A stretch of DNA of 32,000 nucleotides from Alistipes finegoldii DSM 17242 (GCF_000265365.1 NC_018011.1:2279319-2311318); one strand, 5' to 3'; positions 7,368 through 14,811 are shown, numbered from the stretch's first letter. Numbers and translations: made by a program. Notes: generated by a model from the letters alone, not told the origin.

Positions 7368-8195
7368 TTACTGACGGTCGAAAATGTCGTTGAGGACCTT
7401 GGCCAGCCGGTAGCCGGCTTTGGCGAGCTGCTCTTCGGCCAGCGGTTTGTATTTCAGGATGAAGTCGTGTCCCAGTTTGTCGCCCGGCTTCACGTCGTAG
7501 ATACATTTCGAGTTTGCTGCCGATTCGCGGCCCCAGTCGTAGATGTCGCCGGCGATCGCCGCCCGCTGCTGTTCTTCGGTGTAGCGGTCGAGCAGGAAGG
7601 CCAGATCGGAGAAGCTCCAAGGGTGGGTCGTCGCTACGATCGGGGTGTCCCAGATCGTGTGGTAGCGGATTTCGCTGCCCTTGAGGACGACGTTGAAATA
7701 GCCGATTTCCTGGTTGTCCGGCCAGCGGACGTGTCCGGGGCAGTGCATGTCCCCCAGACAGTGGACGATGACCTGAATGCAGGCCAGCCGCGTGGAGTCG
7801 TTCATCTCGTGCATGCGGTTTTTCAGCCGGTCGGCAGCCCGCTCGACGTAATAGAGGCAGTTGGCCAGATATTTGTCGCCGGGCAGCCTGTTGCCGCGGA
7901 TTACCTCGCCGCTTTCGTCCACCGAGAAGGTGTGGGGCAGCATGTGCATGCGGGGACCGTTGGTGGGCGTATAGCCCAGATCGACGAGCATTTGGGGCTT
8001 GTAATCGTCCATCCACGAAGCGTAATAGACGATCGAGCGGCCGTCGAGCAGTTTGTCCAGATTGGCTTTGGCCTTTTTCGTCAGGTGTTGCTCGGCCAGA
8101 CGGGCGACGGCGGCGTGTCCCAGCCTGCCCCATGCGAAGGCGCCCTGAGCGGACGTCAGTGCGGCGAAGGCCGCGATGAGAAGGAGTCTCTTCAT
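7368..8195 (-). CDS. secreted S1/P1-family (zinc-dependent, single-strand-specific) nuclease
   Basis: The signal peptide MKRLLLIAAFAALTSAQGAFA is followed by a mature N-terminus WGRLGH, the family hallmark in which Trp1 is a zinc ligand. HMLPH and HCLGDMHCPGH histidine/aspartate clusters follow. Confidence 0.8.
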   Translation of the reverse strand: MKRLLLIAAFAALTSAQGAFAWGRLGHAAVARLAEQHLTKKAKANLDKLLDGRSIVYYASWMDDYKPQMLVDLGYTPTNGPRMHMLPHTFSVDESGEVIRGNRLPGDKYLANCLYYVERAADRLKNRMHEMNDSTRLACIQVIVHCLGDMHCPGHVRWPDNQEIGYFNVVLKGSEIRYHTIWDTPIVATTHPWSFSDLAFLLDRYTEEQQRAAIAGDIYDWGRESAANSKCIYDVKPGDKLGHDFILKYKPLAEEQLAKAGYRLAKVLNDIFDRQ

Positions 8196-8466
8196 GTTTT
8201 AAGGTGTTTTGTTGTTTTTTCTTTCCGGCCCATGCGCGGCGCGGACGTTTGTCATAATATAATACCGTGCTGCGGGACGAAACACCTATCCGGCGGCGGG
8301 AAATTTTCGGGATATTTTGTCGCGGGCCTTTGGGAGCCTTTCTGCGGGCTGTTTTTATCCGTCCGGCGCGGTTTTCGGCGCGAGGCGTTTTCGCTGCGGA
8401 AGCAGTGCGGAGATAAAAAGTTTCGCGGAAAATCGGGCGGAGTATTGTTTGTTGCAAATAAATTCG

Positions 8467-8474
8467 TACCTTTG
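8467..8474 (+). promoter_or_regulatory. -7 promoter box TACCTTTG for the L31 gene
   Basis: Exact TAnnTTTG, 38 nt upstream of the ATG at 8512, with a ttgttgcaaa -33-like element upstream. Confidence 0.55.
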
Positions 8475-8511
8475 TCCCGCTTAAGCAATCAATTAAAACA
8501 AAAACAACGAA

Positions 8512-8778
8512 ATGAAAAAGGGTATTCATCCGGAGAATTATCGTTTGGTGGCGTTCAAGGACATGTCCAACGACCACGTGTTTTTGTGTCGGTCCGCCGT
8601 TTCGACAAAAGAGACCATCGAAGTGAACGGCGAAACCTATCCCGTGTATAAGATGGAAATTTCCAACACGTCGCACCCGTTTTACACCGGTAAGATGAAG
8701 TTGGTAGACACCGCCGGTCGCGTCGATAAGTTTATGAGCCGTTACGCAAAACGCTACGATAAGAAAGGCGCGAAATAG
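8512..8778 (+). CDS. rpmE: 50S ribosomal protein L31, type B (no CxxC zinc knuckle)
   Basis: MKKGIHPENYRLVAFKDMSNDHVFLCRS...SHPFYTGKMKLVDTAGRVDKFMSRY. It has L31 motifs, lacks the paired CxxC of type A, and has the extended type-B C-terminus. Confidence 0.93.
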   Translation: MKKGIHPENYRLVAFKDMSNDHVFLCRSAVSTKETIEVNGETYPVYKMEISNTSHPFYTGKMKLVDTAGRVDKFMSRYAKRYDKKGAK

Positions 8779-8799
8779 GCGCTTTCCGCATTGAGAGAC

Positions 8800-8834
8800 A
8801 ACGGGCTGCACTTGTGTGCGGCCCGTTTGTTTTT
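8800..8834 (+). terminator. intrinsic terminator after the L31 gene
   Basis: aacgggctgcac / ttgt / gtgcggcccgtt forms a 12-bp stem (one G-U pair) followed by tgtttttgg. Confidence 0.75.
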
Positions 8835-8863
8835 GGTGCGTTTTGTTGCAGAGAGAGCTATTT

Positions 8864-9000
8864 TGCGGTCGAGGGAATGTCTGCGTGGAGGAACGGTCCT
8901 GCGGTTGAGGGCGTGTTTGGCGGTTGTAGGAACGTTTCTGCGGCCGGGGTGCGGATATGCCGGGGAAGGACCGGCGGTGCGGCCGGAATTTTCGTTCTGG
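8864..9000. repeat. degenerate tandem repeat, period about 36-39 nt, about 4 units each starting TGCGG
   Basis: Unit 1 (8864) is tgcggtcgagggaatgtctgcgtggaggaacggtcc. Unit 2 (8900) is tgcggttgagggcgtgtttggcggttgtaggaacgtttc. Unit 3 (8939) begins tgcggccggggtgcggatatgccggggaaggaccggcgg and unit 4 (8978) begins tgcggccggaatttt. Units 1 and 2 are roughly 70 percent identical by eye; units 3 and 4 are weaker. Confidence 0.4.
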
Positions 9001-9036
9001 GGCCGATTTTTTTGTACACGATATCGTTTTTATGTA

Positions 9037-9044
9037 TATATTTG
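9037..9044 (+). promoter_or_regulatory. -7 promoter box TATATTTG for the coiled-coil lipoprotein gene
   Basis: Exact TAnnTTTG, 40 nt upstream of the ATG at 9084. Confidence 0.5.
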
Positions 9045-9083
9045 CCGCCGTAAGGCAAACAATGACTTAAACGTTAGAAAGTT

Positions 9084-9941
9084 ATGAAGCATGTAATTGT
9101 CATGGCGCTGGGGGCTGCGCTGGCTCTGGCGTCGTGTGTGAGCAAAGGGACGGTCGTCAAGGTCGAGGAGCAGCGCGATTCGCTTTCGGTGGTCGTCAGC
9201 GCGAAGGATTCGCTGATCAGTGCTGTTTTCGAGGACATCAGTTCTATTTCCGAGAATCTTGCGCTGATCAGGACGCGTGAGAATCTGCTCTCGGTGGCGG
9301 GCGACGCCGAAGGCGGCCGCCGTCCCGTGGAGGAGATCAACAACGATATCGCCGCCATCGACCGGCTGCTGCGGGAAAACAAAGTCAAGATCGCTTCGCT
9401 GCAAAGCGCTGTCGCGCAGTTGCGCAAAGCCAATCTGCGCCTCGACGGACTGGAGAAGATGATTCGGGACATGAGCGCGCAGCTTGCCGAGAAGAAAAAC
9501 GAAATTGCCCGGCTGCGGGAGAATCTCACCCAGATGGGGGTCGAGGTGGAGACCCTGACCGAGCAGGTGGCTGTGCGGAGCGAGCAGGTCGAAACCCTGA
9601 ATACCGAGAAGGTCGAGCTGGAGAACCAGCTGAATACGGTGTATTACATCGTCGGGACCGAGAAAGAGCTGCGTGAGGCGCAGATCATCAACAAGCAGGG
9701 TTTCATCGGGCGTACGCTGACGGTCAATAAGACCAATAATCTGGACAGCTTCACCAAGACCGATTCGCGGCTGCTGTCGGAGGTGCCGATCGGGCAGAAA
9801 AAGGTTTCGGTCGTGACGACGCATCCCGAAGAGTCGTACGAGTTGGTGACGGATGCCGACAAGGTCGTGTTGAAACTGCTCATCACCGATCCCGTCCGTT
9901 TTTGGGAGTCGTCGAAGATTCTGATCATAAGCTATAAATAA
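9084..9941 (+). CDS. coiled-coil lipoprotein of unknown function
   Basis: The signal peptide and lipobox read MKHVIVMALGAALALASC. About 170 aa of heptad-like, Glu/Leu/Arg-rich sequence follow (LRKANLRLDGLEKMIRDMSAQLAEKKNEIARLRENL...), then a beta-rich C-terminal domain (TVYYIVGTEKELREAQIINKQGF...). I recognise no enzymatic motif. Confidence 0.75.
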   Translation: MKHVIVMALGAALALASCVSKGTVVKVEEQRDSLSVVVSAKDSLISAVFEDISSISENLALIRTRENLLSVAGDAEGGRRPVEEINNDIAAIDRLLRENKVKIASLQSAVAQLRKANLRLDGLEKMIRDMSAQLAEKKNEIARLRENLTQMGVEVETLTEQVAVRSEQVETLNTEKVELENQLNTVYYIVGTEKELREAQIINKQGFIGRTLTVNKTNNLDSFTKTDSRLLSEVPIGQKKVSVVTTHPEESYELVTDADKVVLKLLITDPVRFWESSKILIISYK

Positions 9942-9979
9942 CGGGCGGCGGGCCGGATGATCCGGCGCCGCGCGGCAAT

Positions 9980-10023
9980 GAGAGAGGCATCCCGGAATAT
10001 TCCGGGATGCCTCTCTCGTTTGG
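9980..10023 (+). terminator. intrinsic terminator: 38-nt perfect palindrome
   Basis: gagagaggcatcccggaat / attccgggatgcctctctc followed by gtttgg. It is preceded by a second small hairpin, ggccggatgatccggc. Confidence 0.7.
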
Positions 10024-10195
10024 CGAGCGAGTGAGTTCAGCAAGGAAACCGAGATGGGGCGGATAATGGATGTATTTTGTCAGAGACGGGCGGTGTATGG
10101 CATGCCGGACACGTTTTTTGATTCGGATCGGAATGGAGACGAACCGTTATTTGCGATGCGCGGTGTTCTGTTTTGTCATTTTTATTTTTTTTACG

Positions 10196-10203
10196 TACAT
10201 TTG
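10196..10203 (+). promoter_or_regulatory. -7 promoter box TACATTTG for the AraC-family gene
   Basis: Exact TAnnTTTG inside a strongly AT-rich stretch, 29 nt upstream of the ATG at 10232. Confidence 0.5.
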
Positions 10204-10231
10204 GACAATAAAAAATATACATAGTTGTAAT

Positions 10232-11140
10232 ATGGATTATCAAATCAAACCGCAGTTTGTGGAGGCCGGTTTGAAAGAGAATTGCCCTGCGGATTGTAGT
10301 AGTTGTCCTACGTTTCCTGCGCCGTTTCGCCGCATAGGCGATTCGAATTACTGCCGTTTCGCGCAAATTTCTTTTTCAGCAGGAGAAGGGGTGACTTTTC
10401 CCGCAGACCGCATGGTGCGCATTCTTTTCGTGATGTCGGGTTCGCTGATGATGGAGCATGGGGATACGGTGCGGCTTGTGACGTCGAAACAATACGTATG
10501 TCTGGCGAGGGGCGAACGTTTCGTCACCACGGCGCAGGACGACGCCCATGTCGTCGTGCTATCGCTGATTCACCGCATCGAGTTCTGCGAACAGGATATC
10601 TTCGATAAGGTGATGCCCTACGATACGGTCATCCCGACCGAAGCAGTGCCGCGGCTTTCGATGCATCCTACGATCGAACGCCTGCTCTGCGATCTGTTCG
10701 CCGTTCCGGAGCTGAGCGAGTGCGCCCGTTACCACAAAATGAAGGCTACGGAGCTTTTCATGATGATCAAGGTGCTGTATACCCCGACGGAGCATGCTTA
10801 TTTCTTCCAGTCGATGATTCAGCCGCAGGATAACTTCCGCGTGTTCGTGTGCAACAATTACGACAAGGCGCAGGGCGTGGCGGAGCTGGCCGCGCTTGCG
10901 GGCATGAGCCTTTCGGTCTTCAAGCGCCGCTTCGCCGAGCACTTCAACGACAGCGTCTATCATTGGATGATGCGCCAGAAGGCGCTGAAGATCTTTACGG
11001 ATATCCGCGACGGCGAGGACAGCACGAAGGTGCTGATGAACAAGTATGGATTCCGCCATTATACGCAGTTCAGCCGGTTCTGCAAGAATTACCTGCAGGC
11101 GACGCCCGCGCAGCTGATCGCATCCATAAAGGAGGGGTAG
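10232..11140 (+). CDS. AraC/XylS family transcriptional regulator (cupin-like N-terminal domain plus a C-terminal double HTH)
   Basis: The C-terminus reads VAELAALAGMSLSVFKRRFAEHFNDSVYHWMMRQKALKIF...YGFRHYTQFSRFCKNYLQATPAQL, an AraC HTH signature. I place the start at MDYQIKPQ (10232) rather than the track's 10070, whose first 54 codons are translated poly-T/AT-rich promoter DNA. Confidence 0.8.
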   Translation: MDYQIKPQFVEAGLKENCPADCSSCPTFPAPFRRIGDSNYCRFAQISFSAGEGVTFPADRMVRILFVMSGSLMMEHGDTVRLVTSKQYVCLARGERFVTTAQDDAHVVVLSLIHRIEFCEQDIFDKVMPYDTVIPTEAVPRLSMHPTIERLLCDLFAVPELSECARYHKMKATELFMMIKVLYTPTEHAYFFQSMIQPQDNFRVFVCNNYDKAQGVAELAALAGMSLSVFKRRFAEHFNDSVYHWMMRQKALKIFTDIRDGEDSTKVLMNKYGFRHYTQFSRFCKNYLQATPAQLIASIKEG

Positions 11141-11216
11141 TAGGGGATTTGTCCCGTACCGTCCGCAGACGGAGAGCATATGCCGGCAGCTTGGGTTTGT
11201 TGTCGGATTGTGGAAA

Positions 11217-11248
11217 CGGAGAGGCTGTGGGCTTCTCCGCTTCTTTTT
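11217..11248 (+). terminator. intrinsic terminator after the AraC gene
   Basis: cggagaggc / tgtgg / gcttctccg forms a 9-bp stem (one G-U pair) followed by cttcttttt. It reaches the stop codon of the convergent GNAT gene. Confidence 0.55.
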
Positions 11249-11769
11249 CAGCGCTCCAGCAGGTAGACGTTCAGATCGACGAACTCCCCGTCGGCAAGTC
11301 GTTCTCCCCGGACTTCCACCCGGTCGAGCGCGAATCCGAGCCGCTGGGGAATGCGGTTGCTACGGTAGTTGCCCAGTGCGCAGCGTATTTCGATGCGTTC
11401 CATGCCCATCTCTTCGAAAGCGAGCCGGCAGAGCGCCTGCACGGCGGACGTCATGATCCCCCGGCCCTGAAACTCGCTGCGGAGCCAGTAGCCGATTTCG
11501 ATGGTGCGCGTCGTGCTGTCCGCCGATTTGAAGCCGATCAGTCCTGCGAACGCATCTCCGCTCCGGATCGTGAAGACCGGGTTTGCCGTGTCGTTCAGCA
11601 TCCCTGCGACGACCTCCTGTGTTTGCTCCACGCGGTGCGTCGCCGCCACGAACGGGAGCCAGCGTCCGAGGTGTTCGCGCTGGGTGTCTATGGCGCCGAA
11701 AATCGCAGGGGCGTCCCCGCTGCGCAGCGAACGCAGCGAGAAGTCGTCGAAAAGCGGAATCGTTTTCAT
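11248..11769 (-). CDS. GNAT family N-acetyltransferase (RimJ/RimL-like)
   Basis: MKTIPLFDDFSLRSLRSGDAPAIF...IEIGYWLRSEFQGRGIMTSAVQALCRLAFEEMGMERIEIRCALGNYRSNRIPQRLGF, an Acetyltransf_3-type pattern with a QGRG motif. The ATG at 11769 is preferred to the TTG at 11793. Confidence 0.8.
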   Translation of the reverse strand: MKTIPLFDDFSLRSLRSGDAPAIFGAIDTQREHLGRWLPFVAATHRVEQTQEVVAGMLNDTANPVFTIRSGDAFAGLIGFKSADSTTRTIEIGYWLRSEFQGRGIMTSAVQALCRLAFEEMGMERIEIRCALGNYRSNRIPQRLGFALDRVEVRGERLADGEFVDLNVYLLER

Positions 11770-11790
11770 GGTATATGCCGGTTTTGGGAG

Positions 11791-11798
11791 CAAAGGTA
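11791..11798 (-). promoter_or_regulatory. -7 promoter box TACCTTTG for the RimJ-like GNAT gene
   Basis: The plus strand reads caaaggta, an exact TAnnTTTG on the minus strand, 22 nt upstream of the ATG at 11769. Confidence 0.5.
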
Positions 11799-11964
11799 AT
11801 GAAAAATCTGGGATGCTGTTTTTTTATATATTAAATAGGTGTCGGAGCGTTTTTGCACCTGCAATTCCTGTGGTTTCGGAGCGTGCAGGGGCGGAACGGT
11901 AATAACCTTGGGTGCGGAGGGTGATATTTTTTGCAGAAGCTGTTGTAAAATATAAAACTTTTCC

Positions 11965-11972
11965 TATCTTTG
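11965..11972 (+). promoter_or_regulatory. distal -7 box TATCTTTG upstream of the tRNA-tuf operon (possible tandem promoter P1)
   Basis: Exact TAnnTTTG, 137 nt upstream of tRNA-Thr, with no ORF between. Confidence 0.4.
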
Positions 11973-12079
11973 CACCCGATTTCACCCCTGTAAAAAAGGC
12001 GGTAGACCGACGTTCTTTGAGAAGAGTAAAAAAGTGAAAAATTTATTGGAAATAATTTGGCCGGTAAATTTTTTATGCC

Positions 12080-12087
12080 TACTTTTG
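12080..12087 (+). promoter_or_regulatory. proximal -7 box TACTTTTG for the tRNA-Thr/Tyr/Gly-tuf operon (P2)
   Basis: Exact TAnnTTTG, 22 nt upstream of the mature tRNA-Thr 5' end. Confidence 0.55.
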
Positions 12088-12108
12088 CAATCCAAAACGG
12101 TTGATTTT

Positions 12109-12182
12109 GCCGATGTAGCTCAGTTGGCCAGAGCAGCTGATTTGTAATCAGCTGGTCGGGGGTTCGAATCCCTCCATCGGCT
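12109..12182 (+). tRNA. tRNA-Thr (anticodon TGT)
   Basis: GCCGATG TA GCTC AGTTGGCCA GAGC A GCTGA TTTGTAA TCAGC TGGTC GGGGG TTCGAAT CCCTC CATCGGC T. This is a full cloverleaf with a canonical T-loop. Confidence 0.93.
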
Positions 12183-12307
12183 CGGACAGCCGATGCGAGA
12201 GAAGCGGAAAGACGAAGGTCTTCCGGAACACGAGCAGCGGCGCAACGAAAGCCTCACGGGGAAGACCCGCGCAAAAAGCGAGCCGATCTTTCAGGGGCAG
12301 ACAACTT

Positions 12308-12390
12308 GGGAAGTTACCAGAGTGGCCAAATGGGGCAGACTGTAAATCTGCTGGCTTACGCCTTCGGTGGTTCGAATCCATCACTTCCCA
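12308..12390 (+). tRNA. tRNA-Tyr (anticodon GTA), class II with a long variable arm
   Basis: GGGAAGT TA CCAGAGTGGCCAAATGGG GCAGA CTGTAAA TCTGC TGGCTTACGCCTTC GGTGG TTCGAAT CCATC ACTTCCC A. It closely parallels E. coli tRNA-Tyr as I remember it. Confidence 0.93.
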
Positions 12391-12487
12391 CTAAGAAAGA
12401 GTGCCGGTTGGAGTTGCAAGATCTTCGGCGGTGTCCGATCGACGGACGGCGCGGAGGAAAGGGTAGACTCTGATACGGTATATTTTT

Positions 12488-12560
12488 GCGGAAGTAGCTC
12501 AGTTGATAGAGCATCAGCCTTCCAAGCTGAGGGTCGCGAGTTTGAGCCTCGTCTTCCGCT
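12488..12560 (+). tRNA. tRNA-Gly (anticodon TCC)
   Basis: GCGGAAG TA GCTC AGTTGATA GAGC A TCAGC CTTCCAA GCTGA GGGTC GCGAG TTTGAGC CTCGT CTTCCGC T. Confidence 0.93.
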
Positions 12561-12588
12561 CAAGACGCAGAAGCGTGTGATACGGACG

Positions 12589-12616
12589 TCTCCTATCGGT
12601 TGATAGGGGAGTTTGT
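12589..12616 (+). terminator. weak hairpin plus U-rich tract between tRNA-Gly and tuf (attenuator or processing-site candidate)
   Basis: tctcctatc / ggtt / gatagggga forms a 9-bp stem (one G-U pair) followed by gtttgtgt. There is no exact TAnnTTTG box between this hairpin and the tuf ATG. Confidence 0.3.
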
Positions 12617-12692
12617 GTCGCCCGCTCGTTCTGCGAAATGAATTTTTAAAACTTTAAAGCAATTTTTAACAATACTTTAAATACTTAATACT

Positions 12693-13880
12693 ATGGCAAA
12701 AGAAAAATTCGACCGTTCGAAACCGCATGTGAACATCGGTACCATCGGACACGTTGACCACGGTAAGACCACCCTTACCGCTGCTATCACGACCGTTCTG
12801 GCTAAGAAAGGTCTGTCGGAGCTTCGTTCGTTCGACTCCATCGACAACGCTCCTGAGGAGAAAGAGCGTGGTATCACGATCAACACCTCGCACGTTGAGT
12901 ACCAGACGGCCAACCGCCACTATGCTCACGTAGACTGCCCCGGACACGCCGACTATGTGAAGAACATGGTTACCGGTGCCGCTCAGATGGACGGTGCCAT
13001 TCTGGTAGTTGCCGCAACGGACGGCCCGATGCCCCAGACCAACGAGCACGTGCTGCTCGCCCGTCAGGTGAACGTTCCCCGCATCGTTGTTTTCTTGAAC
13101 AAGTGCGACATGGTGGACGACCCCGAAATGCTCGACCTCGTCGAGATGGAGGTTCGCGACCTGCTTTCGAAATACGAATATGACGGCGACAACGCTCCCG
13201 TTATCCGCGGTTCCGCACTCGGCGGCCTGAACGGCGAGCCGGCATGGGAGGACAAGATCATGGAGCTGATGAACGCTGTTGACGAGTATATTCCGATCCC
13301 GCAGCGTGAGAACGAGAAGCCGTTCCTGATGCCTGTCGAGGACGTGTTCTCGATCACCGGCCGCGGTACCGTTGTAACGGGCCGTATCGAGACCGGTATC
13401 ATCCACGTAGGCGATCCCGTCGAGATCGTAGGTCTTGAGGAGAAGACCCTGACTTCGACCTGTACGGGCGTCGAGATGTTCCGCAAGCTGCTCGACGAGG
13501 GCGAGGCCGGCGACAACGTAGGTCTGCTGCTCCGCGGTATCGACAAGAAAGAGGTTAAGCGCGGTATGGTAGTCGCTAAACCCGGCTCGATCACCCCGCA
13601 CACCGAGTTCGAGGCTGAGGTCTACATCCTGAAGAAGGAAGAGGGTGGCCGTCACACGCCGTTCCACAACAACTATCGTCCCCAGTTCTATCTGCGTACG
13701 ATGGACGTGACCGGTGAGGTTCACCTGCCCGCAGGCGTAGACATGGTTATGCCCGGCGACCACGTGACCATCACCGTGAAGCTGATCTACCCGGTAGCTA
13801 TCAACGAAGGTCTGCGTTTCGCAATCCGCGAGGGTGGCCGTACGGTAGGTGCAGGTCAGATCCTGAAGATCGTGAAATAA
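12693..13880 (+). CDS. tuf: translation elongation factor Tu
   Basis: [33 protein letters not shown]...[26 protein letters not shown]...NKCD. The G1-G4 motifs are present and the protein is full length at 395 aa. Confidence 0.99.
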   Translation: MAKEKFDRSKPHVNIGTIGHVDHGKTTLTAAITTVLAKKGLSELRSFDSIDNAPEEKERGITINTSHVEYQTANRHYAHVDCPGHADYVKNMVTGAAQMDGAILVVAATDGPMPQTNEHVLLARQVNVPRIVVFLNKCDMVDDPEMLDLVEMEVRDLLSKYEYDGDNAPVIRGSALGGLNGEPAWEDKIMELMNAVDEYIPIPQRENEKPFLMPVEDVFSITGRGTVVTGRIETGIIHVGDPVEIVGLEEKTLTSTCTGVEMFRKLLDEGEAGDNVGLLLRGIDKKEVKRGMVVAKPGSITPHTEFEAEVYILKKEEGGRHTPFHNNYRPQFYLRTMDVTGEVHLPAGVDMVMPGDHVTITVKLIYPVAINEGLRFAIREGGRTVGAGQILKIVK

Positions 13881-13895
13881 TTTTCACAACCCATA

Positions 13896-13928
13896 GGGAA
13901 GCGGTGTTCCGCACCGCTTCCCGCTTTT
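13896..13928 (+). terminator. strong hairpin plus short U-tract between tuf and tRNA-Trp
   Basis: gggaagcggtg / ttccg / caccgcttccc forms a perfect 11-bp stem followed by gctttt. The last T is immediately adjacent to the first nucleotide of tRNA-Trp. Confidence 0.6.
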
Positions 13929-14002
13929 AGGAGCATAGTTCAAGGGTAGAATAGCGGTCTCCAAAACCGTTGATGGGAGTTCGAATCTCTCTGCTCCTGC
14001 CA
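13929..14002 (+). tRNA. tRNA-Trp (anticodon CCA), with the 3' CCA encoded
   Basis: AGGAGCA TA GTTC AAGGGTA GAAT A GCGGT CTCCAAA ACCGT TGAT GGGAG TTCGAAT CTCTC TGCTCCT G CCA. Confidence 0.9.
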
Positions 14003-14022
14003 AAGAGTAAAAGAAAAAAAGT

Positions 14023-14220
14023 ATGTTCAATTACGTTAAAGAATCCTACAACGAGCTTGTAAACAAGGTGACGTGGCCCACGTTTCCCCAGCTCCAAAGC
14101 TCTACGATCGTCGTGATGGTGGCTTCGGTCATTTTCGCCATTGTCGTGCTGGCTATGGACCTGACGTTCGAGAACCTGATGGCCGTCATTTACAAGACAC
14201 TGGGTAATCTTGGCCGTTAA
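14023..14220 (+). CDS. secE: preprotein translocase subunit SecE
   Basis: 65 aa with KVTWPT followed by a single TM helix (IVVMVASVIFAIVVLAMDL). It sits in the conserved position between tuf/tRNA-Trp and nusG. Confidence 0.9.
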   Translation: MFNYVKESYNELVNKVTWPTFPQLQSSTIVVMVASVIFAIVVLAMDLTFENLMAVIYKTLGNLGR

Positions 14221-14234
14221 TTGTTGCTGAAACG

Positions 14235-14795
14235 ATGAGCGAGATTAAGAAGCAGTGGTATGTCGTCCGGGCTATCGGCGGTAAGGAAAACAAGGTCAAA
14301 GAGTATATCGAGGCCGAAATCCGCCATAATAATCTGGAGGAGTACATATCTCAGGTGCTGATTCCCACCGAAAAGGTATACACCATCCGCAACGGAAAGA
14401 AAGTCTCCAAGGAGAAGGTTTCTTATCCGGGCTACGTATTGGTGGAGGCCGCGTTTGTAGGTCAGATTCCGATTATAATTCGTAACACTCCCAATGTGCT
14501 GGGTTTCCTCGGCGATACCAAGGAAGACAGTCGCAAGATGAATGCCACGCCGCTGCGTCCGCAGGAGGTGGCCCGCATCCTCGGCCGCGTCGATGAGATG
14601 AACGCCATGGAGGAGGAGAACGAAATACCATTCTTTGTCGGCGAGACCGTCAAGGTCACCGATGGCCCTTTCTCAAGCTTCCAGGGTACCATCGAGGCCG
14701 TCGACAACGAGCGCAAGAAACTCACGGTATCGGTGAAGATATTCGGGCGCAAGACTCCTATGGAGTTGGGTTTCACACAAGTAGAAAAAGAATAA
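14235..14795 (+). CDS. nusG: transcription termination/antitermination factor NusG
   Basis: WYVVRAIGGKENKVKEYIE (NGN domain) and a C-terminal KOW region (GETVKVTDGPFSSFQGTIEAVDNERKKLTVSVKIFGRKTPMEL). Confidence 0.97.
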   Translation: MSEIKKQWYVVRAIGGKENKVKEYIEAEIRHNNLEEYISQVLIPTEKVYTIRNGKKVSKEKVSYPGYVLVEAAFVGQIPIIIRNTPNVLGFLGDTKEDSRKMNATPLRPQEVARILGRVDEMNAMEEENEIPFFVGETVKVTDGPFSSFQGTIEAVDNERKKLTVSVKIFGRKTPMELGFTQVEKE

Positions 14796-14811
14796 TTAAC
14801 CAAGGAAAACT

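Noticed and set aside
7187-7368. A genomic island or integrase adjacent to any of the seven tRNA genes (7187, 12109-12560, 13929, 27317, 30801).
   Set aside because: There is no integrase, transposase or phage ORF, and no direct repeat of a tRNA 3' end nearby. The flanks are housekeeping genes with normal promoters and terminators.
8196-8511. A Zur/zinc-responsive operator upstream of the type-B L31 gene in the 316-bp divergent region.
   Set aside because: Type-B L31 appears to be the ordinary L31 in Bacteroidota rather than a zinc-starvation paralog (from memory). I saw no clear palindromic operator, only scattered short GC hairpins.
7222-8811. A 529-aa minus ORF and a 394-aa plus ORF (7467-8651) overlap the S1/P1 nuclease gene, tRNA(CAT) and the L31 gene.
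   Set aside because: They run through a tRNA, promoter DNA and the L31 gene. The composition is not protein-like (Arg/Pro/Gly-rich). The nuclease frame has a signal peptide and family motifs.
12183-12487. A decayed fourth tRNA (Thr-GGT) or a small structured RNA hidden in the 125-nt and 97-nt tRNA spacers.
   Set aside because: The spacers contain no GTTCRANNC T-loop, no D-loop (AGYTGG/AGTGG) motif and no cloverleaf-compatible inverted repeats. I saw only short local hairpins.
12148-12603. The ORFs 12148-12384 (-), 12367-12603 (+) and 12381-12563 (-).
   Set aside because: They are translations of tRNA-Thr/Tyr/Gly genes and their spacers.
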